Source of the DNA: Kiritimatiellia bacterium | GTDB taxonomy: Bacteria; Verrucomicrobiota; Kiritimatiellia; SLAD01 | DNA length: 37,980 nt | Direction of reading: 5' to 3' | NCBI GenBank assembly: GCA_007123265.1 | Contig: SKLK01000173.1 | Coordinates: 1 to 37,980 of the forward strand | Shown here: positions 15,978-25,220 of the stretch, one piece after another | Numbering within the stretch: position 1 is the first letter of the stretch | Layout of the letters: each line of letters starts with the position of its first letter | The notes under the pieces: model-generated | What the model was told of the DNA's origin: nothing | Database searches by the model: none | What the model saw: only the letters and a program-made list of their open reading frames with translations | Translations under genes and position numbers: made by a program

Positions 15978-16189
15978 AGTTTAACCTCAATACCCGCCCC
16001 CGCCGCATGCGATGGCGCCTATGGCCAGCGCAAAGACACAACCTGTAGCCCGAAAACAAAGGTAAGCTACTAGATATGGTAGCGTCAACACATTTGGCGA
16101 TCCAGCTATTGACGGAACGCCGTTGCCCGAGCACATTAAAGGGCGTCGCAAGACACTGCGTTGGGCTCGGACTTGGCTCCGATCAACGT

Positions 16190-16236
16190 AAAATGGCAGT
16201 CGCCACCTTCATACAAGTCCGTGGCGACTGCCATTT
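16190..16236 (-). terminator. Rho-independent terminator downstream of the H1-like gene
   Basis: Perfect 16-bp inverted repeat, AAATGGCAGTCGCCAC (16191-16206) and GTGGCGACTGCCATTT (16221-16236), with a 14-nt loop. On the minus strand the stem runs into TTTT. Confidence 0.6.
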
Positions 16237-16268
16237 CGTTTTCGTCGCATTCCAATGGAACGCGTCGC

Positions 16269-16550
16269 TTATTTCTTCTTAGCGGCTTTCTTTTTAGCCG
16301 GCGCCTTCTTCTTGGCGACCTTCTTCACCGCTTTCTTCGTAGCTTTCGCCTTCTTGGCGACTTTCTTTACGGCCTTCTTGACCGCTTTCTTCGCTGCTAC
16401 TTTTTTCTTCGCAGGCGCTTTCTTTGCCGCTACTTTCTTTTTCGCGGGTGCTTTCTTCGCCGCTACTTTCTTTTTCGCAGGCGCTTTCTTTGCCGCTACT
16501 TTCTTTTTCGCGGGCGCTTTCTTCTTCGCTACTTTTTTCTTTGCTGCCAT
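16269..16550 (-). CDS. Histone-H1-like Lys/Ala-rich nucleoid protein (KAP-repeat)
   Basis: 93 aa, almost entirely K, A, V and P: MAAKKKVAKKKAPAKKKVAAKKAPAKKKV... with four AAKKAPAKKKV units. AAGGGGGG SD-like run upstream. Has its own promoter-like and terminator elements. Confidence 0.8.
   Translation of the reverse strand: MAAKKKVAKKKAPAKKKVAAKKAPAKKKVAAKKAPAKKKVAAKKAPAKKKVAAKKAVKKAVKKVAKKAKATKKAVKKVAKKKAPAKKKAAKKK
16396..16550. repeat. 33-bp tandem repeat, about 4.7 copies, inside the H1-like CDS
   Basis: Units at 16396-16428, 16429-16461, 16462-16494 and 16495-16527, plus a partial fifth. Consensus GCTACTTTCTTTTTCGCRGGYGCTTTCTTYGCC on the plus strand. Each unit encodes 11 aa. Confidence 0.9.
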
Positions 16551-16687
16551 GTTCTGTATCCCCCCCTTCTTGACTCCTCTCCAGGAGCTCGTTCTGAGAT
16601 TCTCTACATAAACATTTTCTCAGTCAAAAATCTGTCGGCGATCCTCGCTTTCTGTAGCGCCCTGTCCGCATCTGCTAAGTAAGAATA

Positions 16688-16716
16688 AAAATAGGTGTTG
16701 AGATCATGCACGTCAA
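16688..16716 (-). promoter_or_regulatory. Putative sigma70-type promoter of the H1-like gene
   Basis: On the minus strand: TTGACG (16711-16716), 17-nt spacer, TATTTT (16688-16693). A T9 run (16726-16734) at about -45 to -55 could act as an UP element. Implies a 5' UTR of about 130 nt. Confidence 0.45.
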
Positions 16717-16963
16717 CGGAATTGCAAAAAAAAAGACCGCATTTTCTTGTTGCCTACATTAGTAGGCGAAGGAAGGAAATGAGTGAAAGGGAATCGGTAA
16801 CAGGCAGGCGACCGGTCGTATTGCCGGATACGCGATGCAGATGGCCGGTTTAGCGGAACCGTTCGAGGGAAGGTGAACGGGCGCATCCACGGTAGCGCAG
16901 CAAGGCGCATGGACGCACCGCCCGGGGGTGCCCATGTTGTTTGGCCGCCGGCCGCGTCAGGCG

Positions 16964-17596
16964 CTAGTGGCCCAGGCCCTGCATACGTTGTACGCGATGC
17001 CGCTCGGCTATGAGTATCGACCGCAAGGCGTGGTAGGAATCCTCGATACGGTCATTGACGATGACGTACTGGTACTGACGCCAGTAGGCTAGTTCCTCTT
17101 GCGCCCTTGCCAGACGGCGTCGGATAACAGATTCCTCATCGCTACCGCGTCCCCAAAGCCGCAGTTGCAGGTCCTCCATCGACGGGGGCGCAATAAAGAT
17201 GTCGACATAGATGTCCTGAATCCATTCGTTGTCGGTTCCGTTCAACACATATTCACGAATCTGTTCCGCGCCCTGGACATCGATATCCATCAGCACATCG
17301 CGACCGCTTTTTAGTGAGTCGTGGATGGTTTCTTTTAAGGTGCCGTACCGGTTGCCATGCACGGTGGCATGTTCGAGAAATTCATCTGCTTGAACCCGCT
17401 GATCAAAGGCTTCCGCAGAGAGAAAATAGTAGCTGACGCCGTCGATTTCGCCCTCCCGCGGCGCACGGGTCGTGCAGGATACCGAATAGGAAATGCAGTC
17501 GAACTCTTTCACGAGCCGATCGCATAGTGTCGTCTTCCCGGCACCGGAGGGAGCGGAAACGATCATCAACAGCGGTTTGCGTTCTAGGGTAATCAT
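16964..17596 (-). CDS. gmk: Guanylate kinase
   Basis: P-loop SAPSGAGKTT, TTRAPREGE, and the conserved yicC-gmk neighbourhood. ATGA overlap with the yicC stop. Confidence 0.92.
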   Translation of the reverse strand: MITLERKPLLMIVSAPSGAGKTTLCDRLVKEFDCISYSVSCTTRAPREGEIDGVSYYFLSAEAFDQRVQADEFLEHATVHGNRYGTLKETIHDSLKSGRDVLMDIDVQGAEQIREYVLNGTDNEWIQDIYVDIFIAPPSMEDLQLRLWGRGSDEESVIRRRLARAQEELAYWRQYQYVIVNDRIEDSYHALRSILIAERHRVQRMQGLGH

Positions 17597-18477
17597 TCGA
17601 TGTTTTGTACCTGTTCGCGAATACGTTCCAGTTCAGCCTTAAACTCGACCACGTGATGAAGCAACCGGGCATCGTGGCCTTTCGACCCGACCGTATTGAT
17701 TTCGCGCAGCATTTCCTGAGCCATAAAATCCAGCGAGCGGCCAGTGGCCTGTCGCGATCGCGTCATTTGCATGGCCTGTTTGATATGACTATCCAAACGA
17801 GTCAACTCCTCGCTGATATCAGAGCGATCGGCGAACAGGGCGAGTTCGCGAACCAAGCGATCATCTTGTAGCGCCTTTTGCCAACCGGCCTCTGCCAGCC
17901 GTTTTCCCAATTGCGTGCGGTATTGCTTGACCACGTTCGGCGCTTGTTTCCGGATATCGATGACGCGGGATTTCAACAACTGAATGCGTGCTTGCAGATC
18001 GGATTGAAGCGCTTTCCCCTCTTTGCGCCGCATCTGCTCGAAAGCCCGCAACGCCCGGCGTACCGCCTGCGCCATGACGGACCACACCGCATCGAGATCG
18101 GCTTGCGGAGGCGCGACGTTCACCACACCCGGCAGTTGGACCAGCACGTCCAGGGACAATGAACCATCCAGCTTCAGCGCACGTGCCTCTTCCCGCAACG
18201 TGTCCACATAGGCGGCGGCCAAGGCGTGATTAAATTGCACCCGCTGGCGCTGCGATGCTGCGCCATAATCGAGCGAGATGTCCAAGCTGATCCGGCCGCG
18301 GGTGATGCGCTCTTGAATGGCCGCAAGAATCCGCGGCTCAAGCGACTGCAGCGAACGGGGCAAGGCGCAGACAAGATCCAGGGTCTTGCGGTTGACGCCG
18401 CTCATTTCGACGGTCACCGTGATCCCATGTTCCGTGGCCTGTCCGCGGCCATATCCGGTCATGCTGCGCAGGCTCAT
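17593..18477 (-). CDS. yicC: YicC-family stress-induced protein
   Basis: N-terminal SMTGYGRG motif, C-terminal EELTRL...H...EINT...K...[15 protein letters not shown]; 294 aa. Confidence 0.85.
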   Translation of the reverse strand: MSLRSMTGYGRGQATEHGITVTVEMSGVNRKTLDLVCALPRSLQSLEPRILAAIQERITRGRISLDISLDYGAASQRQRVQFNHALAAAYVDTLREEARALKLDGSLSLDVLVQLPGVVNVAPPQADLDAVWSVMAQAVRRALRAFEQMRRKEGKALQSDLQARIQLLKSRVIDIRKQAPNVVKQYRTQLGKRLAEAGWQKALQDDRLVRELALFADRSDISEELTRLDSHIKQAMQMTRSRQATGRSLDFMAQEMLREINTVGSKGHDARLLHHVVEFKAELERIREQVQNIE

Positions 18478-19685
18478 CGGGCCCGCTCTTTCTTCCAGGC
18501 GGCCACTTGCTGGACATCCTTATCGCCGCGGCCGGACAGGTTCAGCACCAGCACATCCCGTTTTTCCCAACGGCCGGCCATCTTGATCATGTAGGCCACG
18601 GCATGCGCCGTCTCCAGCGCAGGTAACAAGCCCTCCCACTGCCCCAGTGTATCGAAGGCCTCGACCGCTTCCACATCATTCACATGGACATACTCGACTC
18701 GCCCCAGATCACGCAGCAGACTGTGCTCCGGTCCAATCGCCGCGTAATCCAGACCGGCGCTGACGGAGTGCGTCAACTGAATTTGTCCATGACGGTCTTG
18801 CAACACAAAGGTCTTGGTCCCTTGCAATATGCCGACGTTTCCGCCGGCGAAACGGGCGGCATGTTGCCCCTTGCGCAAGCCCAACCCACCGGCTTCAACG
18901 CCGATCATGCGCACGCCGCGATCATTGATAAAGGGATGAAACAATCCAATCGAGTTGCTGCCGCCCCCGACACAGGCGAGCAATACGGTAGGCAATTGGC
19001 CGGCGACGCGCTGTATCTGGCGTCGCGTTTCCTGGCCGATGATCGATTGAAAATCGCGCACCATGCGGGGGTACGGATGCGCCCCCAGGGCCGAACCGAG
19101 GATATAATGCGTGGTCCGCACATTCGTGACCCAGTCCCGCATCGCTTCGCTGATGGCTTCCTTGAGCGTCTTTTGTCCGGCCGTAACGGCCACCACTTCG
19201 GCGCCCAGACTGCGCATCCGAAATACGTTGAGGGCCTGCCGCTCCATGTCGGTAGCCCCCATATAGATCACACATTCCATCCCGAACATCGCGGCGACTG
19301 TCGCCGTCGCCACGCCGTGTTGCCCCGCACCGGTTTCAGCGATGACACGCTTTTTCCCCATGCGCCGGGCAAGCAGTGCCTGGCCAAGGGAGTTATTGAT
19401 CTTGTGCGCGCCGGTGTGGCAAAGGTCTTCGCGCTTGAGATAGACCGCCTTGCAGCCCAGTTCCTTCGTCATCCGCTCCGCATAATAGAGCGGCGTAGGA
19501 CGACCGACGAAATCCCGCAGGTAGTTGCGTAGTTCCTCCCGGAACGAACGGTCTTTGCGGGCTTGCTGGTAGGCACGGCCCAAGTCCAACAAGGGCGTCA
19601 TTAAGGTTTCAGGCACATACATGCCGCCGTATGGGCCGAAATAACCGTTCCGATCCGGATTCGTGTTTAATCTACGCTTCGACAT
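18474..19685 (-). CDS. trpB: Tryptophan synthase beta chain
   Basis: [17 protein letters not shown] (PLP lysine), GGGSN and other TrpB hallmarks; 403 aa. Confidence 0.95.
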   Translation of the reverse strand: MSKRRLNTNPDRNGYFGPYGGMYVPETLMTPLLDLGRAYQQARKDRSFREELRNYLRDFVGRPTPLYYAERMTKELGCKAVYLKREDLCHTGAHKINNSLGQALLARRMGKKRVIAETGAGQHGVATATVAAMFGMECVIYMGATDMERQALNVFRMRSLGAEVVAVTAGQKTLKEAISEAMRDWVTNVRTTHYILGSALGAHPYPRMVRDFQSIIGQETRRQIQRVAGQLPTVLLACVGGGSNSIGLFHPFINDRGVRMIGVEAGGLGLRKGQHAARFAGGNVGILQGTKTFVLQDRHGQIQLTHSVSAGLDYAAIGPEHSLLRDLGRVEYVHVNDVEAVEAFDTLGQWEGLLPALETAHAVAYMIKMAGRWEKRDVLVLNLSGRGDKDVQQVAAWKKERAR

Positions 19686-20290
19686 TGTTGAATGAATTCC
19701 TGTACTCGCTTGATATCCTTCACCCCTGGGGCCTGTTCAACGCCGGAACTTACATCCACGCCCCATGGCCGGATCTGTTCAATGGCTTGACGTACCGTAT
19801 CATCTTTCAGCCCGCCTGCCAGTACGACTTTCCGTGGCGAAGATTGTACAAATTCTTGTGCGGCCCGGGCATCGACGCGTTGACCGGTGCCGCCGGGACT
19901 ATCGCCCGCATGATAATCCAACAAGAATGCATCGACCGGATACGATTCGAGATCGGCCACTAATGGCTCGCGGTTCAGGTGAACCACCTTCCAGCGCGGG
20001 GCCTCCACCGCGGCACAATAGTCGGGCGTTTCCCGGCCATGCAATTGGACGATATCCAGTCCCCCGGCGTGCACCAATGCATTGACGGTATCGAGCGCGG
20101 CATCGACAAACACACCCACCCGTTGAATTTCAGGCGGGACCCACTGCCCCCAGGCGATGACAGCTTCCGGCGCCACATAGCGGGGCGATCCAGGCCAACA
20201 AATGAAGCCCACCGCATCCGGACGCAGGTCCACCACGGCGCGTACATCCTCTGCCGAGGCGCAGCCGCAAATCTTTACGAAGACGCCCAT
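19667..20290 (-). CDS. trpF: Phosphoribosylanthranilate isomerase
   Basis: VKICG N-terminus, VQLHG, LAGGL, DVSSGVE motifs. Lies between trpC and trpB. Confidence 0.85.
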   Translation of the reverse strand: MGVFVKICGCASAEDVRAVVDLRPDAVGFICWPGSPRYVAPEAVIAWGQWVPPEIQRVGVFVDAALDTVNALVHAGGLDIVQLHGRETPDYCAAVEAPRWKVVHLNREPLVADLESYPVDAFLLDYHAGDSPGGTGQRVDARAAQEFVQSSPRKVVLAGGLKDDTVRQAIEQIRPWGVDVSSGVEQAPGVKDIKRVQEFIQQCRSVD

Positions 20291-21066
20291 ACACCGCTCA
20301 TCAATGTGCTGATGGCTGCTCCGACATCGGGTTGCTTAAGAATATGTTCCCCAACCAGGACCGCATGGGCACCAGCCGCCTTGAGTCGGACCACATCCTC
20401 CGGTGTGCGAATACCGCTTTCGCTTATGATCAAGGCGTCATCCGGCGCCAGTGGAATGAGATCCACACTGGTCTGCAAGGACACTTCGAATGTGGTCAAA
20501 TCGCGGTTGTTGATCCCTATCGTTTTCGCCCTCGCCGCTTTGGCCCGCTCCATTTCCGGAGCGGAATGTACCTCAACCAAAGGGGTGAGCCGGGCCTTTT
20601 CAGCGCACTCGATCAAATCGCTCAATTCTTCATCGTTCAGCGCCGCCGCAATCAGCAAGACGGCCGATGCACCGAGGGAGGCGGCGTGCCAGACTTGCCA
20701 GCCGAACAGGACAAACTCCTTATACAAGATCGGCACATTCACCGTATCCCGTGCCATCACGAAATCCGATTCCTCCCCGCCAAAGTAGGTATGATCCATT
20801 AAAATGGAAAGGGCTTGGGCGCCCGCTTGCTCATAGGCTTCGGCCAGGTGCTCCACCCGCAAACCCGGACGGATTTCGCCAGCGGACGGCGATTTGCGCT
20901 TAATCTCTGCAATCAAGCCCATGGGTGCCTGCATCAAGGCCTCCCGGAAATCGGGCGGTGCCTTACGAATGGAGGCGGTCGATTTCAGATATTCCATGGA
21001 CAACTTTTCCCGGCGCTCCTCTATTTCGCGGCGCTTCGTATCAAGTATCTTTTCCAACTGGTTCAT
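20275..21066 (-). CDS. trpC: Indole-3-glycerol phosphate synthase
   Basis: IAEIKRKSPS, ILYKEF, GINNRDL, SESGI motifs; 263 aa. Confidence 0.9.
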   Translation of the reverse strand: MNQLEKILDTKRREIEERREKLSMEYLKSTASIRKAPPDFREALMQAPMGLIAEIKRKSPSAGEIRPGLRVEHLAEAYEQAGAQALSILMDHTYFGGEESDFVMARDTVNVPILYKEFVLFGWQVWHAASLGASAVLLIAAALNDEELSDLIECAEKARLTPLVEVHSAPEMERAKAARAKTIGINNRDLTTFEVSLQTSVDLIPLAPDDALIISESGIRTPEDVVRLKAAGAHAVLVGEHILKQPDVGAAISTLMSGVWASS

Positions 21067-22175
21067 CCCGCCGTCCTTTCTTTAGATAGGCCTCGATAAA
21101 AAGGTCCAGATCGCCATCCATGACCGCATCGACGTTACTGGTTTGCTCATCCGTCCGATGATCCTTAACCATGGTGTAGGGCTGCATCACATAGGACCGA
21201 ATTTGGCGCCCCCAGGCAATTTCGCCTTTATCCCCGTAGAACTTTTCCATTTCCTTGCGCTGCTGATCCTGCTGCCAGTCATACAATTTGGCCGCTAACA
21301 TCTTCATCGCTTTGTCGCGGTTCTTGTGTTGCGACCGTTCGGCCTGACAGGCCACGATGATGCCACTGGGCGCATGGGTAATCCGGACTGCGGAGTCGGT
21401 GGTGTTGACATGCTGCCCGCCGGCGCCACTCGAACGATACGTATCGATGCGCAAGTCCTTTTCCTCGATGTTCACCTCTATGTCGTCGTCAATTTCCGCG
21501 ACCACGTCCAACGCCGCAAACGAGGTATGGCGACGTTGATTGGAATCGAAAGGACTGATTCGCACCAGACGATGAACACCCCGTTCCGCCTTCAAGTAGC
21601 CGTATGCATACAACCCACTTACGAGAAACGTAACGCTTTTTATGCCAGCTTCATCACCCGGCTGAATATCCAGAACCGATACGTCGAATCCGTGGGCTTC
21701 GGCGTAGCGGCGATACATGCGGTACAACATATCCGACCAGTCGCAGGACTCGGTCCCGCCCGCGCCCGCGTGCAGGCTGACATAGGCGTTGTTGGCATCA
21801 AACGGCTCGCCAAGCAAGGTCTTCAACTCAAGATCGCGGAAGTCGGTTTCGATGCGCTTGAGCTGCTCGGCCGCCGTTTGCTCAGCCGCCTGTTTGTGTT
21901 CTTGATCCTCCTCCAGCTCAAGCAATTCGAGCGTCATGCCGACATCGTCCAGCAGGTGGGCGATCTCGTCCAATGGCGTCAGCATGGCCTTGATCGCATT
22001 CGTCTTTTGAATTACCGATCGGGCCTTATTCGGGTCATTCCAAAAGTCCGGGGCCGTGGCTTCATCTTCCCGGGCCTTCAATTGCGCGCGTAGAGTGGCC
22101 TCGTCAAAGATAACCTCGCATTTCCTCTAAACGCTGCTGAAACATCCCCCATTTATCCCGCAAAACTTCGCTCAT
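21041..22175 (-). CDS. prfB: Peptide chain release factor 2, expressed through a programmed +1 frameshift
   Basis: Frame 0 from ATG 22175 (AGGAGA SD upstream) reads MSEVLRDKWGMFQQRLEEMRGYL and then TGA (22106-22104). Shifting +1 at CTT TGA C continues DEATLRAQLKAREDEA..., which joins the 346-aa track ORF. SPF and GGQ motifs are present. Confidence 0.92.
22103..22118 (-). promoter_or_regulatory. RF2 autoregulatory +1 frameshift site
   Basis: Minus-strand sequence GAGGTTATCTTTGAC: an SD-like GAGG(T) 3 nt before the CUU UGA C slippery/stop context. This is the same architecture as E. coli prfB. Confidence 0.85.
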
Positions 22176-22240
22176 ATGATTCTCCTAAAGTGGTCGCTAG
22201 AGGCTACGGTTCAGGGACAGGTTGGTCAAGCTCAACGCTG

Positions 22241-23380
22241 TTACCGTGCACACAGATGCGTTTCGGCAAAGCGGCGCGCGGTCGCACGCAAGTCCTCCCG
22301 GGCGGTTTTGAGGGCTTCGGCAACAGGTGTTTCCGCAGGGGCTGTAGACCACGCGAAAGCGAGACCCTGATCCTTACACACCGCTTCATCCACCTGCACG
22401 GCGCCGGCGATTACCCCGACCTGAATCCTGTGGTCCCGCGCCAGCCGTTGAATGCCGGACACAACTTTACCGCCCAACGATTGCCGATCGAACCGGCCTT
22501 CACCGCTAATCACCCAGTCCGCTTCAGCCATGTGCCCGGCCAGACCGCTTGCCGACATAACCGTATCAATCCCCGGCACCAGCTTGGCAGCCATGCAGGC
22601 GACCATACCGGCAGCCAAACCACCGGCCGCACCGGCTCCTGGAAGGGTCTCGATTTCAACACCCAGTTGGGTCCGCACCGTATGTGCCCAATGCACCAGG
22701 CCGGCATCCAGTTGTTGAATCATCGCCGGGGTGGCCCCCTTCTGTGGTCCGAACACCGCCGCTGAACCTTCGGGACCGGTCAACGGATTGGTGACATCGC
22801 AGAGCACCTCCAGCGGAGGCGTCACACGGTTGATCGGGGGTATGATGCGGGCAATACGCGATAAGCCGCCGCCGCCCAATGGCACGGGTTGATCCTCCGC
22901 ATCCAGGATCCGCCAGCCCAAGGCCTGGGCGGCCCCGACCCCTCCATCTGTCGTGGCGCTGCCGCCCACGGCCAGAATCAGCCGCTCGGCGCCATGATCA
23001 AGGGCCGTCTGTAAACATTGGCCGGTGCCGTACGTGGTAGCGCGTAGCGGATCCAACTGGTCTCGTGGTACCAACATGATGCCACTGGCCATCGCCATCT
23101 CGACCAAGGCCGTGCGATCATCCTCGAACCAGGCAAAACCCGCAGCCACAGTCATGTCCGGCAACGGTCCGATCACAGAGCAGGTGATCCAGTCTCCTCC
23201 CCGCGCCGTCATCAACGCCTCGGCGGTCCCTTCGCCACCATCCGCCATCGGCACCAGAATCACCTCGACCGTGGGCGCCACCTCGTGAATCCCGTCGCGG
23301 ACCAATGCACAGGCGTCACGGGCCGACATCGTTCCTTTAAAGGAATCCATCGCCACCACCACTTTCGGGCGACGCTTCAT
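22241..23380 (-). CDS. glxK: Glycerate kinase
   Basis: 379 aa with the N-terminal VVAMDSFKGTMSA motif and the overall GarK/GlxK layout (ADGGEGT, TGEG.FD.QS..GK). Confidence 0.85.
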   Translation of the reverse strand: MKRRPKVVVAMDSFKGTMSARDACALVRDGIHEVAPTVEVILVPMADGGEGTAEALMTARGGDWITCSVIGPLPDMTVAAGFAWFEDDRTALVEMAMASGIMLVPRDQLDPLRATTYGTGQCLQTALDHGAERLILAVGGSATTDGGVGAAQALGWRILDAEDQPVPLGGGGLSRIARIIPPINRVTPPLEVLCDVTNPLTGPEGSAAVFGPQKGATPAMIQQLDAGLVHWAHTVRTQLGVEIETLPGAGAAGGLAAGMVACMAAKLVPGIDTVMSASGLAGHMAEADWVISGEGRFDRQSLGGKVVSGIQRLARDHRIQVGVIAGAVQVDEAVCKDQGLAFAWSTAPAETPVAEALKTAREDLRATARRFAETHLCAR

Positions 23381-24102
23381 GTCAACAAATCGAAAGACTT
23401 TTCGATCCAGTCCGAGGGCAAATCGCGGATCCCCTCACGCAACCGTTCCTGCCACCATTGCGAGAGCTCTACCAAATCGTCTTTGTTGTAACGGTATTCG
23501 ACAATGCGTCGCCGGGTCGGCTCGTACAATACGACATCCATGGGAAAATCGACATCCGCGGCGCTGATCCGGGTCGAATCAAACGCCAGCGAGCCCACTT
23601 TTAGCGCATGGCGCATGGTGTCCTCGTATTTTAACGTGCGATCCAGGACCGGTTTGCCATAGCCGGATGCGCCAATGATATAATACGGCGTGCCTTTGCC
23701 CACTTCGACCCAGTTGCCCTGCGGATACATGAGATATAGCTTGTGTTCCACGTCATTGGCCAATTGGCCACCGATCAACGCGTGCATGTTGAAGGTCAGT
23801 CCACTGTCCTCCAAGGCGCGTTTATCCTCTGTGGCCACGCGTCGCACCTGTTCCGCGAAGGCGTTGACCGCCTTGAACAGCCGATCAAAGGGCTGGTCAC
23901 GCTCCTGGATCAGCTCGTCAAAATAGGTCAGCGCCTTATCCCGTACGGAACGCAAGCCGGAGGTCATCAGGAACATCCCGCTATGATCTTGTTCGTAGAC
24001 GGTGACTTTACGGGCGGTGATACATTCACTGCCGGAGGTGACGCGGGTGTCCGCCAAACCAACCAAGCCCTCTTTTACCTTTATCCCCAGACAAAACGTC
24101 AT
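23377..24102 (-). CDS. Proteasome-type (Ntn-hydrolase) protease, Anbu-like bacterial proteasome homologue
   Basis: 241 aa starting MTFCLGIK, the MT(Y/F)C start typical of Anbu with no propeptide. Catalytic-type Thr1, Asp17 (GLADTR) and Lys31 (ARKV), counted from Thr1. AGGGAG SD 6 nt upstream. Confidence 0.65.
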   Translation of the reverse strand: MTFCLGIKVKEGLVGLADTRVTSGSECITARKVTVYEQDHSGMFLMTSGLRSVRDKALTYFDELIQERDQPFDRLFKAVNAFAEQVRRVATEDKRALEDSGLTFNMHALIGGQLANDVEHKLYLMYPQGNWVEVGKGTPYYIIGASGYGKPVLDRTLKYEDTMRHALKVGSLAFDSTRISAADVDFPMDVVLYEPTRRRIVEYRYNKDDLVELSQWWQERLREGIRDLPSDWIEKSFDLLT

Positions 24103-24128
24103 GTGCGCTCCCTATGGCTGCATGGCCC

Positions 24129-25220
24129 TTATACCCATTGATCGTGCCGCCCTGTCTGGCGCAGTTTTTCGACCATTCTCTTTACGTCCTGCGCCCGGTC
24201 GCGGGGACAGATCAAGGTGACGCCGTCGGTCTGCACCACAACCAAATCCGTTACGCCGATCAACGCCGTCAGTCGATCCTTTGAAAAGACGATATTGCCT
24301 GCCGCATCCACGGACTGGCAATCGCCGATCACCACGTTCCCGTCGACATTGCGCTCGAAATGATTTTCCAAGGCCGGCCAGGCGCCGACATCGTCCCATG
24401 CGAAGGTCCCTTGCACCATAAGGATGTTGTTCGCTTTTTCCATGACGGCATAGTCGATCGAGATCTTCTCCAGCCCGGCATACGCCTCCGCCAAGCGATC
24501 AGCAAATTGAGGCGTGCCGATCACCGGCTTCAAGTCGTCGATCAGGTCGGCCAGTGGCGGGCGATGGGATTGTAGCGCGGTGTAGAGCGAGCGGACCGAC
24601 CATACAAACATGCCCGAATTCCAATAGTACTTCCCGCTCTTCAAATACCCGGCGGCGGTCTCGCGATCCGGTTTTTCAACGAATCGCTTGGCATGGAAGA
24701 AGCGGATGCCTTCGCAGACCTCCGCCGGATCGCCGGTCTCGATATAGCCATAGCCGGAACTCGGTTCAGTCGGCGTAATACCGATCGTAATCAGGACGTC
24801 TTGATTCTGTGCCAGACGCAGGCTTTCGCGGAGGCTGGCCCGGTACACCTCGAGGTCGCCCATGATGTGGTCGGCGGTCAAGATGCAGAAAGATGCGGCT
24901 TCGCTCTTTGCCCCGACCAAGGCGGCTGCCAAGGCCACCGCCGCCGCGGTATCCCGGCCGATGGGTTCGCCAATGACATTTTCCGGAGGCAACGCCGGCG
25001 CCGCCTCACGCGAAGCCTCGACGAGGTCGGCGTTCGTGATGACGAAGACTCGTTCTGGAGGGATCAATCCGTCCAGCCGATTAACCGCTTGGGCTAACAG
25101 GGTTTCGTCCCCGACCAAAGACACCAGTTGCTTGGGTCGCTTCGACGTGCTCAGCGGCCAAAAGCGTTCGCCCCGCCCGCCGGCGAGAATCACTGCGTAG
25201 GTCTGTTCCATGTCGGTCAT
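24129..25220 (-). CDS. Mannose-1-phosphate guanylyltransferase-like sugar nucleotidyltransferase
   Basis: YAVILAGGRGERFWPLS N-terminal NTP-transferase motif; 363 aa from ATG 25220. The track start at 25256 is over-extended. ATG 25220 overlaps the trpA TGA as ATGA. Confidence 0.8.
   Translation of the reverse strand: MTDMEQTYAVILAGGRGERFWPLSTSKRPKQLVSLVGDETLLAQAVNRLDGLIPPERVFVITNADLVEASREAAPALPPENVIGEPIGRDTAAAVALAAALVGAKSEAASFCILTADHIMGDLEVYRASLRESLRLAQNQDVLITIGITPTEPSSGYGYIETGDPAEVCEGIRFFHAKRFVEKPDRETAAGYLKSGKYYWNSGMFVWSVRSLYTALQSHRPPLADLIDDLKPVIGTPQFADRLAEAYAGLEKISIDYAVMEKANNILMVQGTFAWDDVGAWPALENHFERNVDGNVVIGDCQSVDAAGNIVFSKDRLTALIGVTDLVVVQTDGVTLICPRDRAQDVKRMVEKLRQTGRHDQWV

Noticed and set aside
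16396-16550. A regular 33-bp repeat array, considered as a possible CRISPR or minisatellite.
   Set aside because: The repeats are directly adjacent with no spacers. They are in frame within a CDS and encode an 11-aa protein repeat. No cas genes are nearby.
16161-16682. Plus-strand ORFs of 173 aa and 118 aa (16161..16682 and 16255..16611), extremely Phe/Leu/Arg- or Phe/Ala-rich.
   Set aside because: They are the reverse-complement shadow of the Lys/Ala-rich tandem repeat (AAG/GCC codons read as CTT/GGC). The minus-strand gene has an SD, a promoter-like element and a terminator in the right orientation.
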